A stretch of 64,000 nucleotides of DNA. Source: Tricharina praecox (lineage: Eukaryota). The position numbers and the translations under genes were made by a program. The notes under the pieces were generated by a model. The model was not told where the DNA came from. It ran no database searches and was given only the letters and a program-made list of their open reading frames with translations. Below, one piece after another: positions 63,137 to 64,000 of this stretch. Position 1 is the first letter of the stretch. Each line of letters opens with the position of its first letter. Where the stretch lies: positions 682,001 through 746,000 of the forward strand of contig NW_026250405.1 of NCBI RefSeq assembly GCF_024521635.1, in the 5' to 3' direction.

Positions 63137-63351
63137 CCATTAATGATGGTAAACAGCAAGAGGTTCTTGAAGAAGCTGGTAAGGGAATTCTGGTCAGCTC
63201 TCCGGGAGACTGAGGATGATGGCGGGTGTGATTCTTACTCGGCTTCGAACTCCGGGCCTTTCATGGTCGGCCGCGGCTGCCGTGGCTGCCGCTTCTTTGA
63301 AATGTTGGATGACTACTTGGGAATCTTGGGAGCTTTCTCTGCGCGAGGCAT
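63062..63351 (-). pseudogene. BTB/POZ gene copy C, mostly deleted
   Basis: Exon 1 and the intron are homologous to copies A and B, with the same TAG at codon 13 as copy A (63313-63315). A C45 run lies at 63091-63135, followed by a deletion of about 560 bp that joins directly to the conserved 3' flank. Confidence 0.8.
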
Positions 63352-63441
63352 CCTGACGGTGTGTTGGTCGAATGGAAGGTTTGTGGAGAAGAGATAGTGT
63401 GTGCGTAGGCTTGCGGAGGGAGAGAGATTGTCTGTGTGTGT

Positions 63442-63938
63442 AGATGAATGAGAAGTTGCGGTTCAATTCAACTTCTCGAGCCATAATCTCAGCTCTCAAC
63501 CTCCGGTTCCAACTCCTGACTGATGAACAAGCCGGTATCTTCCGTGATGAAAGAGTTTATGGGGTGCCGTTGACGACGCGGATGTCTATATATATGGAAT
63601 CAGCTCCACCAGCTTCTTGCCCTCTAGGCTCTGAAAGCAGTACCCAGATGTGCCAAAGGCAGCGTACCCAGGTGCCGCGGGCAAAACATTTGTACAAACC
63701 GATGTGCAATTCGTCGCAGCCGCGCCGCGTTGCTCAGTCGCCATCAGTTCTTCATACAGGGTCCGCTTTACGATTGACAATCGTAGCTACTGCCACAGGC
63801 TATGATACCTCCACTGTTCGGGACCACTCAATCCGGCTAGTGTGGCTATGATCCGACTACATAGCCACTCCTCGTAGGTATCGTATCTGATTCATATATC
63901 TATCCTGCATATCGTTCCTCTCATGGTGGTGGTAGACA
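63442..63938. repeat. Dispersed ~200-bp element, copy 5, split by a ~290-bp insertion (about 63498-63787)
   Basis: 5' half GAGAAGTTGCGGTTCAATTCAACTTC..GAGCCAT; 3' half CTGCCACAGGCTATGATACCTCCACTGTTCG...CTCTCATGGTGGTGGTAGACA. Confidence 0.75.
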
Positions 63939-64000
63939 GACGATGGACCCTGGAGGGCTTCAGCCAATAACCGATTCAGGCCTCTTCAGCAATAGGTAGT

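Overview
Eukaryotic, filamentous-ascomycete-type DNA: short GT..AG introns with CTRAC branch sites, and a gene and repeat style suggestive of Pezizomycetes, which is inference only. The central core holds four genes: COP9 signalosome subunit 1, an F-box/WD-like protein, a FlbD-like Myb transcription factor set in about 28 kb of microsatellite-rich non-coding DNA, and a small 5-exon N/Q-rich protein with a long, helix-rich intron. Both ends (1-12 kb and 55.5-64 kb) are accessory regions built around a single tRNA species, tRNA-Arg(ACG). There are 8 intact copies (5 intronless, 3 intron-containing) plus one truncated copy. Between them sit cullin-ligase adaptor genes (F-box-ankyrin, F-box, three decayed BTB/POZ paralogues), a duplicated 4-TM membrane gene and a hAT transposase remnant with a 222-bp fold-back. 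A roughly 200-bp hairpin-containing element occurs five times: upstream of each BTB copy and twice alone on either side of the Myb gene. A 577-bp TA-flanked TIR element lies upstream of the Myb gene. All coordinates, splice models and helices were derived by eye; no database searches were run.
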